A DNA stretch of 64,000 nt from Dudresnaya verticillata (GCA_977862235.1 OZ374565.1:1364001-1428000); one strand, 5' to 3'; shown: positions 21,480-35,500, numbered from the stretch's first letter. Made by a program: numbers and translations. The notes: generated by a model from the sequence alone, not told the origin.

Positions 21480-24400
21480 AGCACACCAGTGACCGCTGCC
21501 ATGTGTGTGTATTGTGCTACGCCTTCTCCGCCCCCCTTCGCTCGACGCGAGTGCCCACGTCTGCAGTGCCGTGGTCAAGGACCTTATCCACCACGAACCG
21601 CGGGCCGTCGACGGCTTTGGACGCGAGTTCCTCAGTGGTGGGTAAGTATGCGCTGCGCTGCGCAGTATCCTCCCGCAGCGGCGGGGGACAGTAGACGGCG
21701 CGGTCCGCTGCGATGCGTTCGACCAAGCCGCCTCTGTCGATAAACAGCGTGCGCTTGTCGTTAAGCAGCACGCGGTAGGGCCCTATCGCTGGGCTCTGGA
21801 GCTTCTTGGGTTTCTTAACCCCTCGCTCGCGTCGATGAAGACGTAGTCTCCCGCTCGAATGCGGGAGTTGACTTTTCACGCTTGTCGAAGTCTTTCTTGT
21901 AACGCCGCTGCGTTTTATCGAGAGCGCTCGATTCGCTTGCGAAGGCGGCGTCGAGCCGCTTGAGGAAGTCCGCGCGCACGTCCTCACTAGGTTTCGGTCT
22001 GGCCGCTGCCTTATGAAACTTAGTGAACTCCGGCGGCGGCCGGGACAGCACGAGGCTGAAGGGTGTCGTCCGCGTCGTGCGATGGACATGGCAGTTGTAG
22101 GAATACGTCAACGCCGCTGCGTATCGATCCCAGTCGTCCTGGTGATCGTTGATGTAATTCCTCAACGTGGCCATGACGGTCCGGTTGTAGCGCTCAACCT
22201 GACCGTTCGCCTGCGGGTGGTAAGCGAACGTGAACACGTTGTTCAGTCCGAGGTAGCGGCACACTGCCTGAAAGAACTTAGAGGTGAATTGCTTCCCGTT
22301 GTCGGACAACAGAGACCTCGGTGGTCCATAGTGGAAGATCCAAGTCTCACAGAACTCCACTGCGACGTGGTACGCTGTGATGGTGCGCAGTGGCACTACT
22401 TGAGTCAGCTTCGTGAATCGATCCGTCATGAAGAGCAGGAATCGCTTTCCTGACTTCGTCTTGGGCAGCGGCCCTAGGATATCGATTGCGAGCGACTCGA
22501 GCGGCCTCGTGGCCGGGAACAACTTCAACCGATGAAGGGACCTCCGCAAGCGTATGCGGTTCCGGGCACAGTGCCGACAGTTCCGAACTGTCATGGCTAT
22601 GTCCGCTGACATGTGCGGCCAGTAGTAGCTCTCGCGGAGCGTGTAGAACATCCTGTTCTGGCCAGGGTGGCCAGCCAGGAGGGAGTGGTGCGCGAGCGTG
22701 AGAAGCCGCGGCTGTAGCGCTTCGGGCACCACTATTTGCTCCAACGAGGAGATGACGGGGTGACGCCGGCACAAGAGCCCGTCCTAGTCCTCGAAGAAGT
22801 GGCTATCCCGTCGACGGGACTGCCGTGCCAACACTGTTTGGCAAAAATAATCGCGCCGCTGCGCATCCACCAATTCCTCGACGGTTATTGGTGAAGGGAG
22901 CTTCACCGGTTCGACCCGGGTGAGGTCCGTCGGCTCTTGTCTGGCGTCGATGCGGCCAAGGTCGAAGAGGTCGACGTCGTCGCAGTCGTCCCAGGCTTCG
23001 TCGTCGGCAAGCCCCGGTGGCTCGTCGCTGTCCGAGGGCTCCTTGGCTTCGCTGCCAGTGCTGCCCACTGCAGCCGGTCGATCCGGCGCCTTCCGCGTCG
23101 ACGCGTTGGCTTGGGAACGGTCAGCAAGACCGACAGTGCCTTGGGTTCGGTACTCGAGGCACCCTCCTTCTGGCGGTCGACCGCCGGGGGGTTATAGGTA
23201 GGGACGTCGTCGTCAACCTCCTCTTACTGCCGTCCAGGCCTCACCAGGCGGGACAGCGCGTCCGGCACCTGGTGTACCCTACCCGGGCGGTACTCGATCT
23301 GGAAGTCGAATTCCGCGAGTCGTAACCGCCATCGGGTGAGGCGACCGGACGAATCGGTCAAAGACATGAGCCAGCGCAAGGCGTCATGGTCGGTTCGTAC
23401 CGTGAACCGGGTCCCTTCGATGTAGGGACGCAGGGTTGTGATCGACCACACCACTGCAAAGCACTCGCGCTCCGTGGCTGAGTAGTTTCACTCCGCTGAG
23501 CTTAGTGAGTAAGACCAGTACCCAACGGGGTGTAACTGGCCGTCCTCTTGCTCCTGGATCAGGGCGCATCCGAGCTGGTACGCCGATGCGTCCGTGTCGA
23601 GGACGTACTGCTTGCCCTCGCGAGGGGGCTGTAGGATAGGAGGCGATAAGAGTGTCGCTCGCAGTGTCTCGAATGCCTCCAGCGCCGCTGCGCTTGGATT
23701 ATCGAAATCCACATCCGCATCCTTGCGGGTCATATCCGTCAGCGGACGAGCGATCTTCGCGAAGTTCCTGACGAAGCGGCGGTAAACGTTACACGCCCCG
23801 AGGAACGAACTCACCTTCGTTAGGGAGGTCGGGAACTGCGCATGGCGGAACGCGTCGATGCTTGTCTTCGCCATGCGTAGTTTCCCCGGCTCGATCACGT
23901 GACCGAGGTAGTCCACGCGGGACTGGAAGAAGTGGCACTTCTTCAGCTTCAGGGACACGCCGCCCTTGCGAAGCAGAGTCAGCACGCGGTCTAGGTGACC
24001 GACGTGCTCCGCGATCGACCGCGAGAATATGATCACATCATCGAGATAGATCAAACAACACTGCCATCTAACTCCGCTGAGTATGATGTCCAGTAAACGC
24101 TGGAAAGTCGCAGGGGCGTTCTTCAGTCCGAAGGGCATCCGCAGGTAGCGGAACGTCCCTAGGAACGTCGTGAACGTGGTATTATCCCTGTCAGCCGCTG
24201 CGACAGGGATTTGCCAGTACCCTGCGTTACAATCCAGCGTGGAGAAAATGGCAGCGTCGCCAAGACTGTCGATACAGTCATCCATGCGTGGGAGTGGGTA
24301 TGCATCGCTCAGGGTTTTGGTGTTAAGACGTCGATAGTCCACACAAAACCTGACCGTCCCATCCTTCTTGGGCGCCAGAACGACTGGCGATGCCCACTCC

Positions 24401-25950
24401 GACGTGGCGGGTTCGATTACCCCTGCACGCAGCATGGTCTCGACCTCGTTCTGTACGAGCTTCCGCATAGCGGGGCCCTGTCGATAGGGCATTGAGCGAA
24501 TCATCCGCGTGCCGGGTTCCACGTCGATGTGGTGTTGCGTAGCGGCAGTCGTGCCTAGCCTCCCGTCCCACGTGGACTGATGCTTCCGAAGCATGGCGAG
24601 GACTTCTTCGCGGGTGACCTTGTCTTCGATAGACGAAAGGTCCACCTGCGACTCCCAGTCCTCGGCGGACTCTCTTTTCTCCGCCGCTGCGATTACTGCC
24701 CCTTGGAGCTTTGTGGGCTCGGGGCCCCTTGCCATCGACGGCGTGACTGGGGGGTCGTTGCTCCCCTTACCCCTGGGCCGCTGCCATTTATGGGGAAGGG
24801 TGGTGATATTCATCACCCTCCCGAACTCTTTCGCGACGTCGCGGTCCGGGGTTATTAGGGCGACTGGGTTGCGGACCGCATAGCCAACCACGGTACCCTT
24901 CGGTAGGGTCCGGGATTTGTCCGTCCAGTTGCCGAAGATAACCCCGAAGGGTCGCCCCGACTCGATGTCGTGCATGCCGTTGGTCAGTCTCACGCCGTGG
25001 CGGAACTGCAACGAGGGTTTGGGCTCCGTGTGGATTAACCCACTAGCCCCCGACGTCACCGAGACGAGCCTCTGCGAGTAGGCTGGGACAAATACCTGCC
25101 TAGCGAGGCGTATGGTGTGGGTATCGTGATCCCAGTCGATGAGCTCCCGCTGGTGCTTCTTCGACAAACCCTTCGATGGGTTCTTCGGCTGCGTTGCTGG
25201 ACCGGTTCCCTCGCTAGGGTTCCTGCGGCTGAGGATGGGCACCGAGCCTCCTTTCCTCAGCGTCAGCCTTCTCGACTCGACGTCGATTCCGCGCACGTGT
25301 GCGTTGATAAACTGCGTGCCTATCAGCACGTCGACCGCGAGCGTGTCGGCGACGATGAAAGGCACGCGGAACGTCATGTTCCCCAACCTCATCGAGAGGT
25401 GGACGACGCCGGACAGCCTCAGCGGAGTCTTGTCGGCGCCTGCCAGGCGTGGCCCGGAGTCGATCTCTGACGCGTTTTCCTCCCAGCCTGCGGGCAGGGC
25501 ACCTCGAGCGATGAGGTTGTACCTGGAGCCGGTGTCCACCGCGATGGTTTGGGTATCATAACCCGCGGGTCCGCACCGAGGAACCCGGACACTCGGTAAA
25601 TCTCGGAGGACAGGAGGCACACGTACCCATCGGGGGTAGTGGCCGGCTCTGCGTCGATGCATGGATTCCCGGTACCCTCGCGTCGAGCGTCGGGTACCGC
25701 CTGTCCCGCCGTTGGGGAACTGTGACCTTTTCGCCTGGCCTGCCGCTTGCGTCGACGCCGCGACGGCCAGGGTGGTTTGGTACGCGTCGCCCACGACGTC
25801 CCGTCGACCGGGACGTCGTTCGTGTCCTTCGAAGCGCCGCTGCGCTCGACGTGGGGGCTCGCTGCCCCCAACGCCGTCGAATGTGAAAGGGAAGGTGGGT
25901 CTGGTGTTGGAAAAGACGGTGCGCGCGACCGCACGAGCGGCGCCGCCTTT
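21480..25950 (-). pseudogene. pol: pol (PR-RT-RH-IN-degenerate chromodomain) with stops and frameshifts
   Basis: AVDTGSRYNLI, YLDD, LDTDAS, HPG..YYWP..CRHC, SDNGKQF, GPYRV, FVVDKVLDH. Split across ORFs 25419-25934, 23488-26070, 23224-23454, 21815-22774 and 21517-22089. Confidence 0.93.
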
Positions 25951-28367
25951 ATTCTTTTTCCGGATCGACCCGGTCAGAATTATCCTCGGAATCCGAACTT
26001 TCGTGCTCGATTCCGATTGGGTGTTTCGTAACCCCTGAGGCGCCTCGCGTCGATCGCGGAGGCGAGTCAAAAAGGAGAGGGGAATCGCTTCCCTGCCCGC
26101 TGGCTGTCTCTCCCTTGTGCCGCGCGTCGAGCGCTTGCGGAAGCCACTCGTCGGCGGTGAGGCCTGTGTGCTCCTGCACCGTCATAACTGCTCGAAGCAG
26201 TTCCCGGCGCGGGTCAGCCCTCGGAGGCGTCGATGCCTGAGGTTGACGGCCAGCGGGCTCGTCAAAGCCGACCCGCTTATCGCGCAGCAGGAACCGCGGT
26301 GCGTCTAATTGGCGGTACTCGCGGCGTGGGTCTCGACGATCCCCGCGGTACCCCTGCGGCTCTCCGCGGTACCTTGGTGCGCCCATGCGCTGCGGGGGAC
26401 CTCTCGCGTCGAAGCGTCGGTCCCCACCCCGCGGCGTGTCGTAGCGCCGTGCGGGGTTCCTTTTCCTTGCGCCCGCTGGCGCGCGCTCGTCGATGAGCTG
26501 TTGGAGCATATTGCGCGAATGCGGCTGCGTTTCCATTCGATGGTTGCAGTTCGCATAAGCGCAGTACGTCTGCTGTTCCGTCGAGAGGTACGGGCATGAA
26601 TACATGATGTGCCCGACCTCACGGCAGAACCAGCAGATGTACCATCCCTGTCGATCAGGGATGACTGCGCGTTCCATCGCCTCCTGCGTTGGAGTAAGCG
26701 GTGGTATGCGCTTGGGTAGGACCGCGTCGATGCGTCCTGTAATGTCGAGGGTCGCGACGGCCTCGGCCGATCCGGCTGTCGATAGCGCGGGCGCGACCAT
26801 CACGGGTTCGAACCCGTCGGCGTCAGGGTCCATCAGTATTGTGCTGTCGATAGCAACGTCCCCGCTGGGATAGCTTGGTGGGCCCTCGATGAGCAGTGTA
26901 CGGCCGCTTGCCGAGCTGCCACCTGATCTGCCGCACCCCGAGGTGTTCGTAGGCTGCGCTGCCTTTGCCGAACGGGCGCGGTAGGTTGTGCCCTCGCTAT
27001 GGGCAATCCGACGAACGGTACTAAAATTGGTCTGTTCGACCATAGGCAGCTGCGTGACCTTCTCCGCCACTGCGGGTCTTGTCGTGGGCAGCAGGCCCCG
27101 AAGGAACTGATGCGTCAAGTTCTCATCGGAGTAAACGCCGGCGCAGGCGTCCGCATACCCTTCGAGGCGAGTACCAAACTCAAGCTCGGACTCGGCGTCC
27201 CTCTGCTTGGCGGTGGTCAGCCGTTCATGGGCGTCTGCGATGATGTCGTCCGTGACGAACCTCTCGACGAGGGTATTGAACACCGAGGCCCAGCAGGGGG
27301 GGTGCCGCGCTGCGTTGTGCGCACCCCAGAGAACAGGTGACTCGAGTACACCTGCGACGCGGTTCCATCGAGGAACCAGGACACCACACGCGCCGCTGCG
27401 CCCTCGGATAGTCCAACGCCATTGAATGCTTGGCGTAGCTGTCGAAGCACACCAAGCAGGCGAATCGGCTCCTTGCCGTCGAACCTGTCGAGCCGCGGCA
27501 TCAGGGCCTTCATGCGGCTGACAATCTTCGCAGTGTTGCCGCTGCACACCTGCTGTTGATTGTCCCGCTGATCTAAGTCATCGAGACGGTACGAGCGGTA
27601 GTCGATCGCCTTAGCGAACTCTGGCACCAACGTGGTTAAAGGCTCGATGCCTGCCATGAGTGGGCCCCAATGCCAATAGGCAGAGACGGGGCCCTCGTGC
27701 TGTTGGGGGGTCGGTCCCCCCTTTGTGTTTTGCCCGTCGAGGGCTTGTTGGAGCAACCTGGGGTCGACCCCGTAGAACTCATTGGGCTCCCCACTCGGAT
27801 GGTGCGACCCCGCCGCACTCCTCGGTGGAGATGGCGGTGGTGAAGGAAAGCGATGCCGAGCTCGTCGCTCGGCAAGTATGGCAGCGGCCAATTCTTGAAC
27901 TCCACCCGCTGGTTACTGCGGTCGCGGAGGAGAGCGCTGCGCTGACGACGGGCCCGCTGGCGTTGCCGCGTCGGAGCGCGCTCTATCAACTCAACGCGGC
28001 GGCGTAGCTCATCGAGGAGCCCCTGTGAACGGGTTATTCCGTCCTCGATGGACGCCAATGGACCGCGTCGAAGCGTGTCCAGGTCTTGCTGGCCGTCGGC
28101 CTTCGCCGAAGCTATCGAAGCTGTAAGGTGGTCGTACACCTCGGCTAGCGAGTCCATGGTCTCCTCATACAGCAGCTGGAGGTCGGCCACCGAGACCAGA
28201 CTCCCGGAGAGGGCCTTTTGCAGCGCGGCCCTCCGCTCGAGCCTCACATCGTGTAGAGGAGTACCTGAGACGCCGATGGTACTCAGTATTGAGGTGCGTC
28301 GCGTCGCGTCCTCAACTTTTCCGGCAGCGGCCGATGCGGCAGCGGCCGGGTCAGGAGGACTCGACAT
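25949..28367 (-). pseudogene. gag: gag, frameshifted
   Basis: ATG at 28367 just after the PBS; coiled-coil N-terminus; IDYRSYRL, FDGKEPI, AKQRDAESELEFGTRL; knuckle CWFCREVGHIMYSCP. Confidence 0.85.
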
Positions 28368-28415
28368 CCTTTACTTCGATCGCGTCGATGCGAGAAGTAC
28401 TTGGGTCTCGACGAC

Positions 28416-28433
28416 TTCTAGGTCGGGAGACCA
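28416..28433 (-). promoter_or_regulatory. Primer-binding site (tRNA-Tyr type)
   Basis: TGGTCTCCCGACCTAGAA, 1 nt from the 5' LTR. Confidence 0.9.
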
Positions 28434-28434
28434 G

Positions 28435-29208
28435 TGTTGTATAGATGTCGGGTAGATCCGACGTCTGATACTTGCTGGTCCGAAGCCGCCACACAGACCC
28501 GTCGATGGGTAGCTGTTGGGGTTGGTAGAGCGGTGTCGGCCGCGTGCGCCCCGCAGGTGCGGATCGACGGCGTCGATGCCGGAGCGCGCACGGGGCGTAC
28601 CGTACGCGGGTAGGCAGCGGCCGGATCCCAGCGTCCCTGTCGAAGGGCGGCACGAAGCCGACGGAAAGGAAAAGGAAAGGGGAAAGCCTAGCGAGGCAAG
28701 GGGAAAAAGGGAAACCGCCCGCTGGCGTAAGGCAAAGGGATCGAACCCGAAAAGGCTGGGGGCAAGCTTCAGCGTGAGCTGTTGCTTGCCCGGTTTACTG
28801 AGCCGTCGATGGCCGACGGTCTTAAATACCCTACACTATGTACATTACGACTACTTCTACAGTAGGTGCGCCCCACAACACCAACGCGGGAGGTGTGCGA
28901 GCGCGCGCCCATAGACGTGTCGACACGTCCGGGTAACGGTTACCCGTGGGAGCACGCGGGGCGTAACGGGCAGCGGCCCTCTCAACGGCTCGATGCCGGA
29001 GAGCGTCACAGGGGCGCGCCGTCTGCGGCACGGCGCGCGGCCGCTGCCGGCAGCAATGCGGTCGACCGCTAATAATTCAACGAAAAAACTAAGGGCACGC
29101 TGCCCAACCACGACTCGCCAGCGGGCGTCATCGTGTGCACCATTACAGTGCGGCGCTGGCAGCATACCTTACAGCCGCTGCTGATAGTGTGCTGACAGCT
29201 ATACTACA
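28435..29208 (-). repeat. 5' LTR of element C
   Basis: TGTTGTAT...ATACTACA, direct repeat of 20480-21253. Confidence 0.96.
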
Positions 29209-29907
29209 GGTTCGATGCAGCAGGTCTTGGCGTGCGAACACTTTTCTGTTGACCTGCCAGCAGTCATCGCCTTTCCCTAGAAGCTAAAGAGTACACGGCA
29301 AGGGCCTGAACAACAGCTCAGGGCGATGGGGTATATTGGCCTTGCCATTCGAGCACGTCCAGTGGTCCTCTCACTGGCCGACAAAACAATGGGACGCCGG
29401 TCTCTGAGACACCCGATTTCCAACGGCACTGACGGACGGGTGGAGCGGGCTCAAAAAAAGTGTAGGGCAGTTCCTCTCGGGGCGCCTGCGAACTGAACGG
29501 CGCAGCAGATTGCCGGATTGTATCATACCTCCTGCGCAGGCTCAAGCAGCCTAAACACAATGTTTGATCACTCGGCAACGCCCGGGAGCTCTGAGCACCG
29601 AGGACGCGAAGGACTGCAGCGAAGGACCGCAGCGGCCGATAAGCTGTCCCGATGAGTGATGTCCAGCCATAATATCATGCTGCTTGCCAGCGAAACCGCA
29701 ACTTTCCCGCGACACAACAAGTTGCAACCCAGGACCGAGGGGGCGGAAGATACCCTCTCCCAAAACTAATGTAGACATGTTCGCGTCGTGTGAGGGTAGC
29801 CGTCCTGTGCACTTCCCTGGTAGGATATTGGAGCCGAAGTACTTCCCGTAGCCAAACGCTTTGGGAGAGCCCATTCTGAAGAGCAGTATTGAGTCCTGCT
29901 GCGGAGC

Positions 29908-30640
29908 TTGAAACTGCTAATACCGCGGAGAAGGCGTTTGAGAGATGCGAAGACGAACGGTCCGGCATCTGGGCCGCCACCATTGCCGTTTCCTGGGAAT
30001 GTGATCCAACTGCGAAGGGCGTACTATAAGACCCTTTATGACTATATCGACAAGTCAGCCAGTGTATTCTGGGTTTTGTCGACTCCGTTTGTGGTCGTGA
30101 ACTACGAAGAGGGCTTGCGCCGCGTTTTAGGGGGTGCAGGTGGGTTGTACACAAAGCCTAAGAACTTTGGCTATCGCTCCAAAGCGGTCAAAGGTGAGGT
30201 ACAAGCAGAGCGGGATAATGTTGCAAAGGAGTCAATCGAGTACCTCAACGATGGATATACGTCCCGCGTGGCGCTTGATAACATGGTCAAGGACTCTTTG
30301 GAAACGATTAAGGATTCCATGCAGCGGCTAATGAATCAGCTTAAGGAGGCTTCGCGCGAGGCAGCTGAGGCGAAGCCGCCGAGCGAGGATGCGGTGTCGT
30401 ACGTCCGCAAGGCGATCGTAGGTCTAAACCTGGACGTGTTGTTTGGTCTGCGGAAGGGCAACGAAAACGTGGAGGACGTGGACCGGATCAGCGACATGAT
30501 TGGGTTTGATGGGACGGAGTTCGCCGCGGTGCATGGTTAACCCGCTGAAGGTGTTGGTGGATCTGCCGAGCAACATTCGGTTTTCCGGGACGTGGGCGGG
30601 CTGATCCGGCTGGGACGACGACTGTGCAGGCAGAAGGGCA
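29908..30640 (+). pseudogene. Cytochrome P450 N-terminal fragment
   Basis: GPPPLPFPGN proline hinge followed by VFWVLSTPFVVVNYEEGLRRVL, typical of P450 N-termini. Frameshift near 30530. No I-helix or heme FxxGxRxCxG motif found downstream. Confidence 0.6.
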
Positions 30641-31109
30641 CGATTGTTTGTGCTTACGTCGTGCTGGTGGATGGAGGTGGTTTCGGAAGGGGCATCGCGT
30701 TGCAGGGATGTGATGTCGTTCTGAATGGACTGGTCGACCGCGGCTGGCTGTCATACGCGTCTAGCGGCCACAAGGTGCACGGCTTGCTTGCAAGTAGCGA
30801 GACGTAGCACCGTTCATTACCAGAGCGAATTGTGGTTTCCGAAGTCGCGGGTGATACAATACAAGGAGGCATTTGTATGACCCTCCGGTGCGTGTGAGAT
30901 GGGACGTGAACTGTGGCTCAAGTACGATGACGTAGAAGTGCGTTTGGTGCCTTCAGATCTGTCCTCGAGGGCAAAGAAGATATGCTGGTACACGCAATCC
31001 TATTGCATGTCCGACAGACTCAGTGCTGGACACTGCCACGCACTATAATGCCGTAGGTCCTTTTTTCGCTGCGAAGAGCAGTGATGTGTTTTTATACAGC
31101 TCCTGGAAC

Positions 31110-31172
31110 ACTCTAAGAGTGCAGAAGACTTCTGCTGCACCAGGAAATCAACTTTGAGTTGATTTCCTGGTG
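31110..31172. repeat. Three adjacent inverted repeats
   Basis: ACTCT-A-AGAGT; GCAGAAG-A-CTTCTGC; CACCAGGAAATCAAC-TTTGA-GTTGATTTCCTGGTG (15-bp perfect stem). Confidence 0.8.
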
Positions 31173-32579
31173 ATTAAGTTAATCGACTTGTACGAACCCC
31201 TCAAGACTATGCCTGCTATACGCGATATGGTCCTTGGAATGGTTTGTTCAGCCGTCGGGCCTTTATCTGAAAACATTTTTGTATGGGTGCAGGCGTTTGT
31301 GGCGAGCTGCTTATGTGCGTGTTGTCGACGTCTCTTTCAAACGGTAACGACCAGAGGAGGCTTCGAACGGGATCGGAAACATCCCTCGGGATCCTACGTA
31401 TAATGACGTCTAGCTCTCTTATCGGCACTCGCGTCGATGGTCTGGATGTAACCCTGACGAAATGTGGGTTCCCAGAGCAATTCATCCTCATGCAGCTAGA
31501 CACAGGGCAGATTTCTCTTGCTTCCAAACTGCTCTTGGACGCTGTAAGCCCCACCCATCGCAATACTGTGGAATAAATGGAACGGTCATTTTCGTATACA
31601 CCACTGCTAGGACTTTCGTCCCCGTCGACAAGATACATGTCCGGAGGCAATCGTGTTGCAGATCTGAGACAGGTAGCGGTCTCAGCACTGTATTGCAGTG
31701 AAAGTCAGAGTCGACTCCCGACGGCAGCAACTCGATCAAGCTGCTGCCGTCAGGATTGATGTTGTCTACTCTGTGGAGCACTCCGTTGGGGTCTTAGAAA
31801 AGCTACCGTCTGACTTTGTCTACTCTGCTGTAGTTGGCATGCTCGCTGTATTAGGAGGCGCTGTCTTTAATGCTCAACAGCCACCAGAGCAATGTGCTCA
31901 AGATCAAACTCTGAGTCAATGTTGACCTAACAACCGCAATGTACCGCAAACGCGAGCCCCTTCAACGTCTTCCCATTGCAGATAAAACATGTTCGGTCAT
32001 GTCCGTGCCTGCTTCGACTGCAAGCCTTAGTTCATCCTCATGTCTGCAGACAAAAGAACAGCACCGGGCCCGATATCACAAAGCATCTGAACTATCACGC
32101 GGACACGCTCACAATTCATGTAGCCCGCCCCATCTCCTGCGAACATTGGTGCCGGATTCTGCGCCTGCGGACTAGCAAAAGCCATGGCGGGAGCGCGGTT
32201 CTCAAATCCCGTGAGAACCTCCATGCCGCCAGTTATGGAGGTATTGGGTAGAGCGATCCCTTCACTTGGGTGCACCCGCGGGTGTCGTGGCGTGATCGCA
32301 CCCAAAGTGTGCATGGTACGATGTGGCAGGTCGGACTCGTTAATCACAACCCGTGTGGTTGATACAAAGCCGAAATTGCATGCTGTATCAGTGCAGAAGA
32401 GAGACCAGTGGCTCTGTTTTGCTCACTTCTTTGGCATGCTGCAGGTATTAAGTTTGTTTATAACACGAATGTGATTGTACAAGCAATCCGGTTTACCCAG
32501 CAAAGATGCTGCCCCATGAGGCAGCTGCCTCGTGAAGCCAGCGTGCACGCTCTGTTCCGTGGCATTACATACATATACT

Positions 32580-35500
32580 CTAACCCTTTCCCAATTCTCG
32601 CCCAGAATCTTGACCCCATTTTTCCACCAGCGACACAACTTTGTTTCCGCTTCGCCTCCCTCTCACCCCATTGCTTCCCATGCCATTTGCTTCTGGTTCC
32701 CCCGCCTCTACGGGAGTACTAATTTCTGGATGGTCTCCTCTCTTGTGCATCTCTAGGGCTTCCCTGATCTTTCGCTGCACCGTGACGGGTATTCCAGAGT
32801 TGGTTAAACGCGCGAACTCCACTAAAACCGACTTCCCCGGGACCGTATCGCTCCACGGTTTGAAATGTCCATTTGCATCGGTTATTATCGCCTTCCGATA
32901 ACGCCCGGTAAAAGTATTCTCTCGAGTACTCCTTCTCTCGTACCACTCTACTTGCAAATTGGTAACCTTGCCCCCCCGTCTGTCTCCCAATTCATCACCT
33001 GCCCAAGCCAGAACGGGCATCCTTCGGTACCGTCGGCGCCTAATACGGCTACAAAGCTGTTATTTATATAAGTGAGGTCCTGTTCCACTACATTCTCAGC
33101 GTCTGGCCCGGATTCCGAGGGTGCGCTAGGGCCCCTCCCATCCGGTTTGTAAGCCCCTCCCAACTCAAACACATCTGCCAATGCCCAGTGGAATGGGTCT
33201 TCACAGTCCTCGTAAACTCTATCAAGAAGTGCCAAAAGCTTCTGTAGCTTACTGTGATTGTTGATTTTGGTCTCCGCGGATCGTATACGTTTGGTTACTT
33301 CATGCTCATCTGGTGGAGCTCGACAGGGAGTCGGTGGAGTCCGGTGCAGGTTGGGGGAAGTAATAAGAATCCCCCTGGTCATCTCGCGTATGTAACGGTT
33401 TCCAAGAGTCTTTGCAGCCCCTCTTCACTTCGCAGAGAGTCTTGAACGTACCGGCGTCTGTGTCCTTAGCTCCATCCGCACTGAACCTAAAGTACCGGTA
33501 TTCTGAAATGGGCTCGGTACCCCCGGGGCATCTGGTCTGTTTGCACAACCCGGAGAAATTTATAAGGTGCAGCATCTCCGTGACACGTGGTTGAGGAGTA
33601 TATGATTGCCGTAGTTCGTGCATGAGGTCGTCCATGATAATGGCGTCTCGAACGTGAAATCTCTTCGAAGTGCAGCTGAAAACTTGGTCAATATAGGCAT
33701 GCGTGTGACCGATGGGGAGAAACAACGCATGCACTTCCGGAAATACAGCCATAGCAACGAGATACTCCAAGTAGCCGAACATAAACCTGTTATTATTCTC
33801 CCTAGTACAGTTGTCGACCTGGAGGAACAAAGTACCCTTCAGTGGCATCCTGTCTCTGCGTGCCATCAATATGCGATGAAAAGCTTCGATGACATGGTTT
33901 CCGCCTGTTTCGAAGTCGGCAGTCATCGTGAAAAGGTTTAGATGTGGGACTTGGCCATGCTCTGAAACGCCGATTACTTTGGCCTTCATTCCGTGTCCGC
34001 GTGTGTCCTTCACCTTGATGTAGAGGTGTGGCCGTCCAAATGCGGACTGGTCAGCACCGTCGATGATGAGTGAGCAGTAGTTCTTCGGATACATCGAAGC
34101 CATGTCACACTTCTTGCGATATTCTGTTCGCTCCTGCATGACCATTCTCACGTGCCTTGCCCGCCGTTCGCGAAGCGCTTCGGTTCCCACTAGATCTGTT
34201 GCCGCTTTTGCGAGAAGATATTTGATCTCCTCGCACTCGGAGCATTTTACAAACCGGTGAGCTCGCCTGACCTTAATCTGCGGACAGCTACGGAGCCAGG
34301 TACTATAAACGTAGCTCTGTGATGGTGTTGCTCTGTTAGGGTACAGAGTGCGGTGCTCAGTAACAAACGTGTTATAGATTGCGAGCTTCTCATAGAAGGG
34401 GAGGTGGATTTCAGCCTTGTCTGGTTGCGAATCACCAGACACTTCTGCGAGGCGCTCCAAGAACGACGTTATCACCTCCATCTGTTCCGTAGAAGTACCA
34501 CCAACTATCAGCCCCCTCCCTTTCCTTTCGCGGCTCTTGTTCGTTCCTTTCACTGCCGACTGCAGGTCTCTAGAGAAACCGAAAGCCTTGTCCAGAAATG
34601 AGTAACAAACCGGCCGGCCGCGGAAGACGTACATGTTGGAGTTGGGTTCCGGTAGTCCCATGAGGTATCGCTTCCTTTCCGCGCGATTCTTGTCCATCAT
34701 CTTGCGCGACTCAGCCCTGATGTAGACTGAATCGATGGTTCCGAAGCATGTTTTCGTTTGGCGGCAGAAAATGTTTGAGATATCCTGCATCTCCATCACC
34801 TCCACTACCTTTCTCCTCTTCGCAGCCATCAAATGCCCCGATGGTGTTCCTTTCGGACGAGCATCATGTCTATAACTTCTCTTCCGGCTCATCCTAGCAC
34901 TAGCCTGGCCGCCTCCACGCCCTTCTAGTGCCATCTCCTCCCCTTCGGAGGGGTACCATTCCGGCGTGTCGGAATCAGCATCCTCCGCATCGTCTGCAGT
35001 CCCGACGTCACGATGCTCTTCTTCAGAAGCGTGATCACGACCTCCCGCACATCCTTCTGCTGTAGTGTCGACGGCAGAATTGTCTTCTCGTACGCCGTTC
35101 CCGGATTCTCCTTTCTCCCGTTCAGCCTCGGGTGGTTTTGGAGCCGCGTCATTACTTCCCAGTTTCGATAACAAAGCTTCTGTGTTTTCTTTGCCCTCTA
35201 ATTGGTACGGTCGCGGGCACATACAGGCGGGACGCTCCGGGGTATAAACCAACGCGGTCTGCGCAACTGCAGAAGCAGGGGGTGTAGAAGGCTCACCTGC
35301 TATTGCAGCCAGGGGTGTAGACGGAACACGTGGTGTTGCTGGCGATGTAGTAGTGCGGTCATTAACTTCTCGGTGTGGCTGATCACTGGGATCAGACTGA
35401 CCGGTACGGGTGATTGTTTTCGTCACTGTCCGCTTACGAGCAAGTCCCCGACCCCTCTACGGCCTGACCGCCTAGTTGACGTCCTGGCACGAACAGTGTG

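Larger units (their letters stand above)
20480..29208 (-). mobile_element. Full-length Ty3/Gypsy element C (8729 bp), coding regions decayed
   Basis: Two 774-bp LTRs, perfect 5-bp TSD GGTTC (20475-20479, 29209-29213), PBS, PPT, gag and pol. Confidence 0.97.

Noticed and set aside
31216..31270. KARRLNKPFQGPYRV resembling an integrase GPY motif
   Set aside because: An isolated short motif with no recognisable integrase core upstream.
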